Assembly (NCBI GenBank): GCA_963662285.2
Contig: CAXXMV010000001.1
Location: 224,001-288,000 of the forward strand
Source: a bacterium
Lineage (GTDB): Bacteria; Hinthialibacterota; Hinthialibacteria; Hinthialibacterales; Hinthialibacteraceae
Length of the DNA stretch: 64,000 nucleotides
Reading direction: 5' to 3'
Shown here: positions 10,423 through 21,574 of the stretch, piece by piece
Numbering within the stretch: the first letter of the stretch is position 1
Layout of the letters: every line of letters begins with the position of its first letter
Made by a program: the position numbers and the translations under genes
Notes under the pieces: model-generated
What the model saw: only the letters and a program-made list of their open reading frames with translations
Databases searched by the model: none
Told to the model about the DNA's origin: nothing

Positions 10423-11945
10423 GAGGATTTTGCCAAAGAATCAAACAAAGGTGCATCTTTGTCTTCTTGTTTAGTACTGGACTGTTTCCAACTCGCTTTT
10501 AATCGAGCCCGTTCTTTCGCATCATCAACGTCATCATAAAAACATCGTTCAATTATATTTTCCATCTCAATAAATAGCCCTCGACGTGTTGCTAAGGTCC
10601 GGTATCGTCGCTCTGTATCCAAAAGATTTCGTGCAAGTTCAAAATGTAATTCATCTCCGTTGCAGGTTTCTTTCAATAATTCCAAAGTTTCTGCATCAAA
10701 AATAAAATTGTCATCGATTAATTTACCAGGATACTCGTCACCCACAATTCGCTCATAAATTTTAGGAAGAAAATCTTCAATTTCGTGCTTTTCTGCTATC
10801 CAAATACGGCGAATCTCTTCCAACTCTTCCAATGTGATTAATTCAATGGAGCCCACTTCATTTGGCCCGTTTTTCCGAATAAATTGCTGGATTTCCAAGA
10901 CTCGTTCTAACCAATAGGCCCGTGTCTCTTGTTTATAAGGACCCGGAACCAATTGAAATTGGCCGTTTGTATCAGTATATGAAGATACTTGGCCGGTAAT
11001 ACGTCGAAAATCTCGACGTTCGCGATCACGTTTTTTATCTTTTTCTGAACGAAAATCTAATTCATTCCTAAGTTCTAGAAGAGGTGTCATCCATTCTTTT
11101 TCTTCATCATTTTGGATCATCGCATCCATTGATTTATCTTTTTCAACCAGGGTACAAACCCAACATCCAAAGCGGCTATTTCCACAACTTGATGTAGAAT
11201 TATCGACAACTAATGGACATTCACCATCTGCACTGGCTCCTCGGTACATACTCATCAAATCTTTATTATTATGTCCCCATGGATTCTTTATCTGCATCAA
11301 AAAAGTCCAAACATCATCGCTCGACCAGTCTTCTATTGGTGTATAAATGAGTGAATTAGGTAAACTTGAACTAGGTACGAGTCGATCACGTACTGCTTTT
11401 TTACGATGCTCTGCCATTGTACGAGCACGATTGGAACTTTCGGATTTCCTAGTTCCCAACACCAATACTGTTTCACCGTTTTCTTTCACAACATCACGTA
11501 CAAATTTGTTGGATGGATTAATCTTCAAACGCTCAGTGCACCAACGGAACCGGTGTCGAGGGGCAGGATAACCTTTTCCGATTAAATTAACCCAAAACGT
11601 ATCTTCAATGGCAGGCTTTAAAAGTTGGGGTTTAATAGGTAAACCATGTTCATTTGCATTTTTTCCCATTATTAACAATGAATTGCGTACCCATGAAGAA
11701 ACAATAGGATTCTCTACTAAAGTGTCTGTACTTATTGGGTATACAGGTTTTTCACGGTGTTTTTTGGGCAGTTCAGAAATGGCCAACCACACTAATTGCA
11801 AGGTCGCTGTAGAGTCTTTTCCTCCACTGTAACCTACAATCCAAGGAACTTCATCCGATAAATAAAGATCTTGAATTTCACGCTTTAGGAATTCAATCGT
11901 TGAAGAAAATCCACTTTTTGCAAATATAGATAATGGACGATTCAT
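10419..11945 (-). CDS. dndC: DNA phosphorothioation sulfurtransferase DndC (PAPS reductase family)
   Basis: GYSGGKDS PP-loop, RWCTERLKI, CGNSRFGCWVCT. Confidence 0.97.
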   Translation of the reverse strand: MNRPLSIFAKSGFSSTIEFLKREIQDLYLSDEVPWIVGYSGGKDSTATLQLVWLAISELPKKHREKPVYPISTDTLVENPIVSSWVRNSLLIMGKNANEHGLPIKPQLLKPAIEDTFWVNLIGKGYPAPRHRFRWCTERLKINPSNKFVRDVVKENGETVLVLGTRKSESSNRARTMAEHRKKAVRDRLVPSSSLPNSLIYTPIEDWSSDDVWTFLMQIKNPWGHNNKDLMSMYRGASADGECPLVVDNSTSSCGNSRFGCWVCTLVEKDKSMDAMIQNDEEKEWMTPLLELRNELDFRSEKDKKRDRERRDFRRITGQVSSYTDTNGQFQLVPGPYKQETRAYWLERVLEIQQFIRKNGPNEVGSIELITLEELEEIRRIWIAEKHEIEDFLPKIYERIVGDEYPGKLIDDNFIFDAETLELLKETCNGDELHFELARNLLDTERRYRTLATRRGLFIEMENIIERCFYDDVDDAKERARLKASWKQSSTKQEDKDAPLFDSLAKSS

Positions 11946-11949
11946 TTTA

Positions 11950-13047
11950 TTATTTACCGTTATTCTTACTTAGAAACGCAGATTCAAACCGATTTTCCTC
12001 ATCTGTCAAAGGCAAGTTCAACGTCTTTTTAAGGATATTTGTTGTTAAAATCACATTTTGATTTGTATTGGATACGCGGCCTCCATTCATCGCCCGGCCT
12101 TCCCATAATTGATAATTTGAGCGTGACCAATCTATTTTTTTCAATGGGCGTAATTGAGATTTCCATTTTTGGGGATATTTATTCATTAAAAGATTTCCAA
12201 TTACACCAAGAGATTCGAGGATAACACCATGAGAATGAATGAAATCAGTACGTATTTCACCTGAAGTGACTTTTCCATCACGAACGAGTTGCCATTCATT
12301 CATTTGTTTGGCAACCTCTTCCCAGTATTCATTCGCAATAATTGATCCTTCATTAATATCAACTATATCAATATTCGCAAGCAATGCTGATGTCGCCTTA
12401 TAAATGGCGCTTAATGTAAATAGTTTACGTGAACGCTTCGATAAACTGCTTTTCTCCATTTCAACAATATCACGGAACAAATTAGAACGTAGAATCATCA
12501 AGCGGCACAAATTGGCTAAATCATCACGATAATCATATAAAACTCCTAGTGACCGGCTTGGGCGAATCGCATATCGATTTAGATCAGCAAACATTTGCTG
12601 GCATCTTTCTAAACCGATATCCAAGAAAAAAACTACAGCAATTGTTTCTTCTCCTAATTCTGGATTTTCCTCCAATGCTGATTCAATTGCTGCTCGACGG
12701 TGTTGTCCATCATTAATCAGGAATTTTGAATCCATTGGAACATGTAAAACTCCGACTTTCCCACCATCAACTTCAGGATTTAGAGGTGTGAAGACTACAT
12801 CTCCATCAATAGATGCGGTAATTGCTGAGAAAACATAATCATTTGAATTTTTCAGAATATATCGAGTAATATCTGGGATACGGTTTTTATTAAGTGTTCT
12901 CTGAGCTCGGAGTTCGGGCTTTAATTCAATTTCATTGTATAGGAAAATACGAGGGATCAATCGTAATGGGCACATTGAGACATAATATTCACGCTTTGCT
13001 TGAATTCCGCGAATTGCGGGGAAAGTATAGCCGAATCGTGTATCCAT
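11950..13047 (-). CDS. dndB: DNA sulfur modification regulator DndB (DGQHR domain)
   Basis: FPAIRGIQA, RAQR, INDGQHR, QQMFADLN. Confidence 0.95.
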   Translation of the reverse strand: MDTRFGYTFPAIRGIQAKREYYVSMCPLRLIPRIFLYNEIELKPELRAQRTLNKNRIPDITRYILKNSNDYVFSAITASIDGDVVFTPLNPEVDGGKVGVLHVPMDSKFLINDGQHRRAAIESALEENPELGEETIAVVFFLDIGLERCQQMFADLNRYAIRPSRSLGVLYDYRDDLANLCRLMILRSNLFRDIVEMEKSSLSKRSRKLFTLSAIYKATSALLANIDIVDINEGSIIANEYWEEVAKQMNEWQLVRDGKVTSGEIRTDFIHSHGVILESLGVIGNLLMNKYPQKWKSQLRPLKKIDWSRSNYQLWEGRAMNGGRVSNTNQNVILTTNILKKTLNLPLTDEENRFESAFLSKNNGK

Positions 13048-13154
13048 TTGATTTCAATTGAGATATATCATAATTTTAAAATTGAATTTTAATTTCGCTC
13101 TGTCAATATAGAGAGATTTTAGCAAAAGTTTGTGGAGGAATCAACAAACATACG

Positions 13155-14300
13155 TTGATTTATAAGAAAATGCCAATTTATCTAGACTGTAATGCGACAA
13201 CCCCCATTGAACCTCGTGTTTTGGATGAAGTCATTAAGTACATGAAAGATGAATATGGTAACGCCGGTAGCAGAACTCATGAATATGGGACAAGGGCTCA
13301 AAAAGCGGTACAACTAGCTCGCGAACAAGTAGCAAAAGTAGTTGATTCGAAAAAAGATGAGGTGATTTTCACGAGCGGAGCCACCGAAAGCAATAATATT
13401 GCAATTCTTGGTTTGTGTGAGTATGGTCTGAAAAAAGGACATAAGCACATTATAAGTTCTCACATTGAGCATAAAGCCGTACTCGAACCTTTAGAACATC
13501 TTAAGAAAAAGGGATTCGATATTACACTACTCCCTTGTACTCCAGGAGGTTTTGTTGAAGCCGCATGCATTGAGAATGCTTTGCGTGATGATACGCTGCT
13601 AGTTTCGATCATGCATGTAAATAACGAAACGGGAGTCATTCAGCCACTTGATGAGATATGCGAAGTTCTCCTGGATCATCCGGCATTTTTTCACACAGAC
13701 GCAGCGCAAGGTTTCGGAAAAGAAATGAAGATGCTTAAATCTAACCGTATTGACCTCATCTCGATAAGTGGGCATAAAATTTATGCCCCTAAAGGAGTTG
13801 GGGCTCTCATATGCAGACGTCGTAAATATAAACGCCCACCACTTTCTCCTCTTTGTTTTGGAGGAGGGCAGGAAAAAAGTCTTCGTCCAGGTACATTGCC
13901 GGTTCAATTAATTGTTGGATTAGGAGTAGCCTCTGAACTAGCTCAAAAAGAATGGAAAAAACGAGCGGAAAAATGTTCGAAATTCAAGAATGATTTACTT
14001 GAGACTTTGGCTTCTTTGAATCCTACTCTCCATGGAGATCAATCCCGTACATTGCCTCATGTTATAAATCTATCATTCGGCAATATAGATTCCGAAGCAA
14101 TAATGATTGCTCTAAAAGATGTTGTCGCTATCTCAAATGGCTCTGCTTGTACATCAAATAGTTATGATCCTTCACACGTTCTTCTTGCTATGGGATTATC
14201 TGAAGATGAAGCACAAACAGCGACTAGATGGTCCTGGTGTCATAAGACAGATTGCAAAAATCTAGATATATTAAGTCATATTCAATTGTTATTAGAATAG
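13155..14300 (+). CDS. dndA: cysteine desulfurase DndA
   Basis: YLDCNATTP, FTSGATESNN, SGHK (PLP Lys), SNGSACT; divergent from dndB. Confidence 0.95.
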   Translation: MIYKKMPIYLDCNATTPIEPRVLDEVIKYMKDEYGNAGSRTHEYGTRAQKAVQLAREQVAKVVDSKKDEVIFTSGATESNNIAILGLCEYGLKKGHKHIISSHIEHKAVLEPLEHLKKKGFDITLLPCTPGGFVEAACIENALRDDTLLVSIMHVNNETGVIQPLDEICEVLLDHPAFFHTDAAQGFGKEMKMLKSNRIDLISISGHKIYAPKGVGALICRRRKYKRPPLSPLCFGGGQEKSLRPGTLPVQLIVGLGVASELAQKEWKKRAEKCSKFKNDLLETLASLNPTLHGDQSRTLPHVINLSFGNIDSEAIMIALKDVVAISNGSACTSNSYDPSHVLLAMGLSEDEAQTATRWSWCHKTDCKNLDILSHIQLLLE

Positions 14301-14623
14301 AATTTTGTGTTAGTATTACCCTAAAACAATTTCCATAAATGATGGATAGTATCTGTAGATTCGTGAATATGCCTCGATATCAGAATCTATAATGCCAGGT
14401 ATTTTAATATCATTAATATCATTTATTTTGGGTAATTTCGAATTTATTTCACGTAATTCTTTATGAGTAAACATCGGTGCTTTTATTTTGTATGGATCAT
14501 CCTTTTCTCTAACAAAATCAAAATCTTTTATTTTACTCTTTATTATTTTTTCTTTGTCAATTTCATTATAGAAAATCCAACCCAATGTCATCATTTCTGA
14601 TCCATCCGAGTACTTAAAAAATA

Positions 14624-16014
14624 GCCTCTTCAAAAAAATCTGTGGGTGAAATTTGGTTCTGGTAAATCGCCAAGTGTATGATATAAGGCGATTTCCAGCG
14701 CTTTGTAGGTTCGAAAACCGTACGCCATTTTGGTAGTCACTTTGGCCTTGTTGTTTAAGCCTTCCACCACTCCAGAAGAAAACTCCTTTTTCGCCCGAAA
14801 CCAGTTCAAAATCAGTTCGCGATGGTTGCGCAGCATCTTGGCCACTTTCTTCATTGGTTCGATTCGCGAGCGCATGGTTTTAGTACACCACTGATCCATG
14901 AAGCGTCCAGCCCACCATGCTGATTTATATTCCCAGAAAAATTGAAATTCCTCTTTGAGAAGATAACTTCTCACCGTGCGCAGATTATATCGAACCACGT
15001 TGGCTAATTTATCGACCTGCTTGACTGTCAAATTATCCGGGCGTTTCAGAAACCACCAGCGACTTCCTTTTAATACCGGTTCTAATCCCTTGGCCTTCAA
15101 TTCACGGGATTCTCCAGCGCGGACTTGATCTATGGCTTTGTTCATATGAGCCATGATGTGAAACCGATCCAATACATTCAGCGCGCTTTTGGCTTTTTTG
15201 CGAATGACTTTGAGATAAGCTTTCCACATATCACTGCACACAAATTCCAATTTTTTTGAACGCTCTTCCCCGAACCATCTGAAGAATTTCAACAGTGTTT
15301 TGATCTTTCTTTTTTCCCCGATCCACAGCAGCCGTTTGCAATTCTCATTGATTTGATATACCACTGTCACATACTGATGGCCGCCGCCCCATTGCATTTC
15401 ATCGATTCCAATGGCGGTGATTCCTTCCAGGTTCACATGCTGGCGGCCCCATTCTACCGCCCGTTCAACCGAATGAAAAACATTGTACCAACTTGTTTGA
15501 AATGCTTCCGCCACTTGGCTCCAACTCATCCGCTTGGCCCAGCTCGCCAAGAACCATTGATAGATATGCGTTAATTCATGTTTACCATCGGCCCAAGGTA
15601 CCTTTTCAACTTTCACTCCACAGCGGTGACAATTCACGCGGCGCATGGCATAGATCAGGAATACGGTTAATCCCCATATCGGGATAAACTCAAATCGGCG
15701 CGCATCTAATCTGTCATAACCTGATCCTTTTTCTCCGCAGCATGAACATATCGGGCGGCTTTTGACATGAGCACGGACTTTTACCTCTATGGATGTTTTA
15801 CCATTCCATTCACCAAATTTGCTAGAAGCATATACATACCCCTTGATTTTATGAACACGATTGAGGATTCTAATGACATCCATCCGGTTTCCTCCTGGTT
15901 GATGATTTTTCGCTGATTTCATTCTTTCAGGATAAGAGACCGGATGTCTTTTTTATACCTCTACTATTCGAAGTATTTTTGCTATCATTCACCCACAGAT
16001 TTCTTTATAGAACC
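14624..16014 (-). mobile_element. ISL3-family insertion sequence, copy 1 (1391 bp)
   Basis: Imperfect 27-bp TIR with AAATCTGTGGGTGAA core; 8-bp TSD AAAAAATA at 14616-14623 and 16015-16022. Confidence 0.95.
14630..15922 (-). CDS. ISL3 family transposase
   Basis: CSCCG/CHRCG Zn finger, IGIDE, CSDMW, LDRFH, SSGVVEGLNNKAK. Confidence 0.95.
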   Translation of the reverse strand: MKSAKNHQPGGNRMDVIRILNRVHKIKGYVYASSKFGEWNGKTSIEVKVRAHVKSRPICSCCGEKGSGYDRLDARRFEFIPIWGLTVFLIYAMRRVNCHRCGVKVEKVPWADGKHELTHIYQWFLASWAKRMSWSQVAEAFQTSWYNVFHSVERAVEWGRQHVNLEGITAIGIDEMQWGGGHQYVTVVYQINENCKRLLWIGEKRKIKTLLKFFRWFGEERSKKLEFVCSDMWKAYLKVIRKKAKSALNVLDRFHIMAHMNKAIDQVRAGESRELKAKGLEPVLKGSRWWFLKRPDNLTVKQVDKLANVVRYNLRTVRSYLLKEEFQFFWEYKSAWWAGRFMDQWCTKTMRSRIEPMKKVAKMLRNHRELILNWFRAKKEFSSGVVEGLNNKAKVTTKMAYGFRTYKALEIALYHTLGDLPEPNFTHRFF

Positions 16015-16672
16015 AAAAAATAATAACTGTTCATAATAAATTTTCTGCTTTTCTGCAGCATTCCTATTATCAATTGTCTTTTTTAATTGTGTGATTATTA
16101 TCCTTCTATATGTTTGTGATATATTTTCCCCAATTAAATCTATTGGTTTTAGATTAATAGGTACATTTTCTTCGCCAACATTCTTATCAAGCATTTCTTT
16201 TCTATATTTTTTAAGATCATTATTATTCATTCCCTCTTTTCTCATTTGAGCACAATTGACAGTAATAATTAAAAAACCACCACTCAGAATTCGAGTACAA
16301 ATAGTATTTAGATCATTCAATACTTCACTAGTTAATGTAGAATCATAATCAAGCCAAATGAAATAATTCTCTTTTGATATAATTTCTGGAAGAATATCAT
16401 TAGAATTTCCAATTTTTAAATCTATACAATTGAAAGGAATATTAAATTCAAACCTTTCTTTATATTTTTCTTCTTTTTCAATACTCACCATTTCATTTAT
16501 ATTTAATACTTGATGAAAAAGAATAAAATCTTTGAAATAAATAGAACCAAATCCAATATATTTATATTTTGATAAATCATTAAATACATGAAATTCTTTA
16601 AAAATGTCACATATCATTTTTCTCTCAATTACTTTTGATGGTCTAATGGAATAATTAATTCTTCTATATGTA

Positions 16673-18025
16673 CTATTCATCATCTAAACCTTCATAAGTT
16701 ACAAAGTAATCAAAAGTATTCTCACCAACTTCCTTCCACGTACAGGCATGTAAATGATCTTTAACTTTTTGTGCTAAGTCTATCGTTTTTTTATATTGAA
16801 TTGTTTGAAATCGAATTCTTGGAATCTTGGGTTTGATGATATCTGGGAAAATAAATGTATCTGTTGTTTTAGAATTTTCAATGAGCACTTCTTCCTTTGC
16901 ATTATCAATTAGTGCGTTCAATGGATTATCTTCAATTTCATCATTATCAAATTGTTTTTTTTCCTCAGCTCTACGCCTGAGAAATTTAGTAAAAGGTTGA
17001 GTTATGATTATCATTTCTCTTTTTATCGATCTATAGTATTCATTATCGGAGTCAATACCAGTTTTTGTTGTAGTCCAGGGGAGCAATGAAGAATCATCTG
17101 AGTCGAAATAAACCATTCCACGGAAATAGGCAAAATCTGGATGATATTTTGGAGTACCTTCTTCTCCCCAAACAGTCAAATTAGTTTGGTCTGCTCGAAC
17201 CACCATTCTACCATTGCAGAATATATACCATCCCCCATCCTCTTTTTCTCTTCTTGACAAACCAGCATATATCTTCACTTTTACAGGATTTTTTTCTTTA
17301 TCATAAGTGATTTCTCTATGTACAGATTTTAGATCATCCGATTGGATAAATTTCATTGGTTCGTATCCTATCGGAATGGCGTTTAATGTAATGCTTATTC
17401 CATTATTTAAGTTTAAAAGATGGGCGTTTGATATTTCATCAGATAGTCTTTTTATAAAAGTATCAAGTCCAAAACTTTCTGAAACACTAGGGTGGATATC
17501 CGTGATCTCAATAATAGTGCCTTTATCTTTGGAGGAATTATCAATTTCTTCTTTTAATTCACTGAACTCGAAGTGCCAGGAATTAGCATTTTCATTTTTT
17601 TCTTTTAACCATTCATCTAAATCGATATCTATAATAAAATAAGATGAATCTGTAGTAGATTTCACATAATATTTTTTCCCTACTTTGAAAAATGTTCTTT
17701 TCATACCTACGCCAAATTGACCAATTGAAGCATCACTAGGTGGGGCGTCGGGAGGTCTTCCAAAGCGAAAAGCATAATTTCTTGCAATGTCTACTGAAAT
17801 CCCACCACAGTTATCAGATATTTTGAATTTGTTTTGATCTATTTCAATTCGTATCCAAAGCTCATTGAAGTTCTTTACTTCATTAATTCTTCTTGCTCCA
17901 TCAACAGAATTATCTACTAAATCAATAATAGATCTAATAAGAGGGGCATCACGCGTTAACATATAAATAAAGAATTCTTTAGTAGGAGATGCATTTATTT
18001 TTTTGTTTTGAATATTTTCGGACAT
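16673..18025 (-). CDS. GHKL (HATPase_c/MORC-like) ATPase
   Basis: DLVDNSVD, DNCGG, GQFGVGMK and KGT boxes; ATG overlaps the upstream TGA (TGATG). Confidence 0.85.
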   Translation of the reverse strand: MSENIQNKKINASPTKEFFIYMLTRDAPLIRSIIDLVDNSVDGARRINEVKNFNELWIRIEIDQNKFKISDNCGGISVDIARNYAFRFGRPPDAPPSDASIGQFGVGMKRTFFKVGKKYYVKSTTDSSYFIIDIDLDEWLKEKNENANSWHFEFSELKEEIDNSSKDKGTIIEITDIHPSVSESFGLDTFIKRLSDEISNAHLLNLNNGISITLNAIPIGYEPMKFIQSDDLKSVHREITYDKEKNPVKVKIYAGLSRREKEDGGWYIFCNGRMVVRADQTNLTVWGEEGTPKYHPDFAYFRGMVYFDSDDSSLLPWTTTKTGIDSDNEYYRSIKREMIIITQPFTKFLRRRAEEKKQFDNDEIEDNPLNALIDNAKEEVLIENSKTTDTFIFPDIIKPKIPRIRFQTIQYKKTIDLAQKVKDHLHACTWKEVGENTFDYFVTYEGLDDE

Positions 18026-19512
18026 CACGAAGGATTCCCCATATCTCGCCAAAACTGTCGAACTTTTCCTAAACTCACATCATTTTTTAATCGTAAAGAT
18101 GCTTCACCAAATTGCAGTTTTTGATGTAATGCTTTACCAATGATCTGCTTTTGTTGTCTTTCACTTAAAGTCTCCGGGGAGAAGTGGATTCCACATGTTG
18201 CGAGTTCTGCAAAATTTGTCGCATTATTACCAGAAGTTACAAAGGCATCTGCATCCTGAGAAGCAAGCCAAACTGGAAATCCCCATGATCTACCTTGCCT
18301 GGCAAGTTTTCCCAATAATCCAGCCTTGCCTTCCTTCGGAAGCAAATGATGGGCCTCATCAACAAATAGAATCATCTTTAAAGGTTGTACATTGTTTGTA
18401 ATGGGGAGATTTTGATTGAATTTATTCATAAGAAAATTAAGGATTAACGCAACAACCAAACTCTTTGTGTCATTATCATTTCCAAAATCCTTAAAATCAA
18501 TCACAAGTGAATCTTTAAAAAATTCTTCATGGCTTGCAGAGGTGAAAGACGAAGCGAATAAATTCAAATCGACAATTTTCTTAATAATCGAATACTCAAC
18601 TCCTGTTGCTCCATTTGATTCAAGTTCATCTAATAGCCTAATAAAATCAGGCGGATTGATACGTTGATAGGCATCTGCAATTGTTCTTTCCTGTTTTGCG
18701 CCTAATTGATGAGCATAAGCGCGTATAAGAGAAGCAATTTCGTATGAAATTTGTGCATTAGCAGATGGATTTGGACTATAGATTAATGGATTAATCGGCA
18801 AATCTTGTTGGATGAGACGAATATATTTAGCATTTGTTATTTTGAAAAAATTATTGCGGTTTTCTTTTTGTTGGGAATTCGTGGGATCATTTTCAAGTTC
18901 ACCTTTTAAATCAAAGAAAACAAACCTAAGTCCCTGATTCGCTACCTGAGCGAGAAGATCAAGTGCAAGTTGACTCTTGCCTGTCCCTGGCTTTCCCGAT
19001 ATAACTAACAATCCGTTTTGACCGGGATCGTTTATTATCCAAGGTTCACTGCTTTGAAATAATTTCAATTCTACGGGATGATTCACAATGGGCATCGATT
19101 TAATACCCTCTTTGGTTTTTCTGGTGATTTCTATATCATCCCCGATTAGATCTAGAATTTTTGTAACAAAAAGAGTTTGATCATTTGAAGATTCTTCCCA
19201 GATTTGTTGTAACAACATGCATCCATATTCAAAATGTCTTCGGAATTCTCTTTTATAACTTGATTCATCGAGTGTGTAACCTGCCCGATAATTCAATGTT
19301 GCTTGAACGATGTCTCTCAAATCATCACCAACAACGGTTTCATCGTTTAACTCTTTTCCTTGTTGATTCTTTGGTTCATATTCCTTTGGTACACCTTGTC
19401 CTAATGCAAGAAATAAACCGGCCCGGCCTAAAACAGCTTTATTCCTGGCTCCAACTCTGGCGTGTACTGATTCAATAAATGATTCTGTTTCAGAACTTGG
19501 GTGAAATCTCAT
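18025..19512 (-). CDS. DndE-like N-terminal domain fused to a HerA/FtsK-family ATPase
   Basis: Walker A GKPGTGKS, Walker B FVDEAH, RQGRSWG, LASQ; N-terminus resembles DndE (LGRAGLFLAL...ELN...FRRHFEYG). Confidence 0.75.
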   Translation of the reverse strand: MRFHPSSETESFIESVHARVGARNKAVLGRAGLFLALGQGVPKEYEPKNQQGKELNDETVVGDDLRDIVQATLNYRAGYTLDESSYKREFRRHFEYGCMLLQQIWEESSNDQTLFVTKILDLIGDDIEITRKTKEGIKSMPIVNHPVELKLFQSSEPWIINDPGQNGLLVISGKPGTGKSQLALDLLAQVANQGLRFVFFDLKGELENDPTNSQQKENRNNFFKITNAKYIRLIQQDLPINPLIYSPNPSANAQISYEIASLIRAYAHQLGAKQERTIADAYQRINPPDFIRLLDELESNGATGVEYSIIKKIVDLNLFASSFTSASHEEFFKDSLVIDFKDFGNDNDTKSLVVALILNFLMNKFNQNLPITNNVQPLKMILFVDEAHHLLPKEGKAGLLGKLARQGRSWGFPVWLASQDADAFVTSGNNATNFAELATCGIHFSPETLSERQQKQIIGKALHQKLQFGEASLRLKNDVSLGKVRQFWRDMGNPS

Positions 19513-21572
19513 AATCTTTTTCCAAAATAATCATTCTTAAGTGATACTGTATAAAATTGACTTGCTTGCTCACCCTGCGGCTCTAGTGTATAAACACGGG
19601 CTAAGTTTCCCATGATTGAATCATATAATGGGCCTTGAGGATCTATTTCAGAATTAGTTGCCAACATAATTGATTGATGTCCGCAAAGATACAATTTCTT
19701 CAAGACTGATCGCCGGATTTCTTGATCTAAACGACCTAGAGGTGTATCAATCACTAACGGTGGAACTAATCTGGCAAGTCTTCTTAATGCCTCATTGAAA
19801 GCCAATGCTCGAACTTGTCTTTGTCCAGCTGATGTATTAGCATCCTCCCAAGAGATCTTATTTCCATTTTGTCGCATAAGATAACAGTTCCAGTTATTAT
19901 CAAATTCCATATTCGAAAATTCTAATTGTCTATCGGTAATATCAATCCAAAGATCGCCAACCATTTCACTAATATCACTACGAAGTTGAATGGCAGCTTG
20001 TTGCTGGATATCTTCCACTGATTCTCGAAAACGAATAGCATGGGTTGTCAGACTTGCTCCTTTTTGCGCTTTTTCAACAACCCGGCGTTGATTCTCTTCT
20101 TCTCTTTTTAGTTCTTTAATTTTGTTTTCAAGGATTTTGATCTCAGACGGAATTTGTGATAATTTCGTCTGCCATTCCTCAATTTGTTTTCGAAGATTTT
20201 TTATCTGTTCTCTTATTTCCCCGCTTCGCTCGTAATCAGATTCATTTTTTCTTTTATGTTTAAACCATAAGTCCAAGTCATTTATTTCTAAACTCTTACT
20301 TTCAATATCTTTCGTTAAATCTGAGAGTGATTTAATTGAAAGAGTGCTATGTAGTAATTGCTGTCGAATTTGTGCACTTGAATCAATACGCTTTACAGCA
20401 AATACACGATCTGACATACCGTCAGGCGGGGGGTGAAATATACTGCGAAGAGCTTTATCTAATCGTTCTGTGTAAAAATTGAGCGTCTCTTCAGTAAGAG
20501 AGTATTCTTGAGGAATATTTTGAAAAACATCGGATTTTATTTGAGGTATTTTGGGCTCAACTGTAGCCTTGCTTCTTTCCCATTCATTTCGCTTTTCTTC
20601 TTTCAATAAATAATCATGTAATTCGTTCCTTAAATCTCCCAATAAAGCTATCGGCAAATTCGTTTCCCATGATGCGGCCAGTTCCGATTCAAGCTGATTT
20701 CTTGCAGCTTTAATTTCAGCATATTTTTTCCTATTTTCTTCCAATTCGTCAGGATCAATTTCCCCGAGTGTTCTTAATTCTTCTTCTTTTTTAGCTAATT
20801 CAGATTCTAAGTCACGAAGTTGTTCTTTATATTCATTTTCTTCATACTGTTTTGACTGAAGTTCGCCTTGATATTTACTAATCTCTGAAGATATATCACT
20901 TAGTTTCTTTGATTCATCTGCCAGCGCTTTCGATTTAAACTGTTGTGGAATTTTATTTCTAATTAATTTTCTCAATTCATTAGCAAGTTCTTCATAAGTC
21001 CATAATCCGAGGATCCGACTGATTCCATCAATTATATCACGATCTCTTAAGTGTAAACTCTGGCTTCTTTCTGCGTCAAAGAAAAAGAATCTTGCTAAAT
21101 GTCTTGGTAATAATGAATCTCTTAATTTTTGAATTCTTGTATCGTCATGGACTGTTTCTTCTGGAGTTGCAACATGGGATTCCCATCTTGGATGAGAATT
21201 AGGTCTATGATGAATTTTTCTGATAAAGGTAAATTTTCTTTTTCCATCAACATTTGGATCATTTTGTACGATTTCTATCTCAAGACTAGATAAATTATGC
21301 CCTTCAGATTCTGCTTTACGATTAAGTGATTTATCAAATCTGAAACCAGATGAATTTGGATCAGATTTTTCGATGTTTGTTAAATCATGAACACCAGTTT
21401 CTCCAACAACTGCAAGATAGATAGCACGTAACAGATGTGTTTTTCCTGATCCATTTTTTCCTCCAACAAGAATACCACATCTATCTTCGACAGGATGCAG
21501 ATCAAAGGTCACACGACCGTAAAAAGGGCCGAAATTTTCAACTGTTAGACGATCAATATAAACTTCGGCCAT
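19509..21572 (-). CDS. second DndD-like SMC/ABC ATPase
   Basis: GKNGSGKT, FFFFDAE, long coiled coil, SAGQRQ, VIDTPLGRLD. Confidence 0.85.
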   Translation of the reverse strand: MAEVYIDRLTVENFGPFYGRVTFDLHPVEDRCGILVGGKNGSGKTHLLRAIYLAVVGETGVHDLTNIEKSDPNSSGFRFDKSLNRKAESEGHNLSSLEIEIVQNDPNVDGKRKFTFIRKIHHRPNSHPRWESHVATPEETVHDDTRIQKLRDSLLPRHLARFFFFDAERSQSLHLRDRDIIDGISRILGLWTYEELANELRKLIRNKIPQQFKSKALADESKKLSDISSEISKYQGELQSKQYEENEYKEQLRDLESELAKKEEELRTLGEIDPDELEENRKKYAEIKAARNQLESELAASWETNLPIALLGDLRNELHDYLLKEEKRNEWERSKATVEPKIPQIKSDVFQNIPQEYSLTEETLNFYTERLDKALRSIFHPPPDGMSDRVFAVKRIDSSAQIRQQLLHSTLSIKSLSDLTKDIESKSLEINDLDLWFKHKRKNESDYERSGEIREQIKNLRKQIEEWQTKLSQIPSEIKILENKIKELKREEENQRRVVEKAQKGASLTTHAIRFRESVEDIQQQAAIQLRSDISEMVGDLWIDITDRQLEFSNMEFDNNWNCYLMRQNGNKISWEDANTSAGQRQVRALAFNEALRRLARLVPPLVIDTPLGRLDQEIRRSVLKKLYLCGHQSIMLATNSEIDPQGPLYDSIMGNLARVYTLEPQGEQASQFYTVSLKNDYFGKRL

Positions 21573-21574
21573 GA

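Larger units (their letters stand above)
14316..16683 (-). pseudogene. putative SAM-dependent methyltransferase-like gene (about 322 aa) interrupted by ISL3
   Basis: Removing the IS and one TSD rejoins ...YYEQLLFF-KYSDG... in frame; YIGFGS, SIEKE and WLDYD Rossmann-like motifs. Confidence 0.85.

Noticed and set aside
18025-19512. Canonical dndH/dptH
   Set aside because: Only 495 aa, far shorter than DndH, and no dndF/dndG neighbours were recognised
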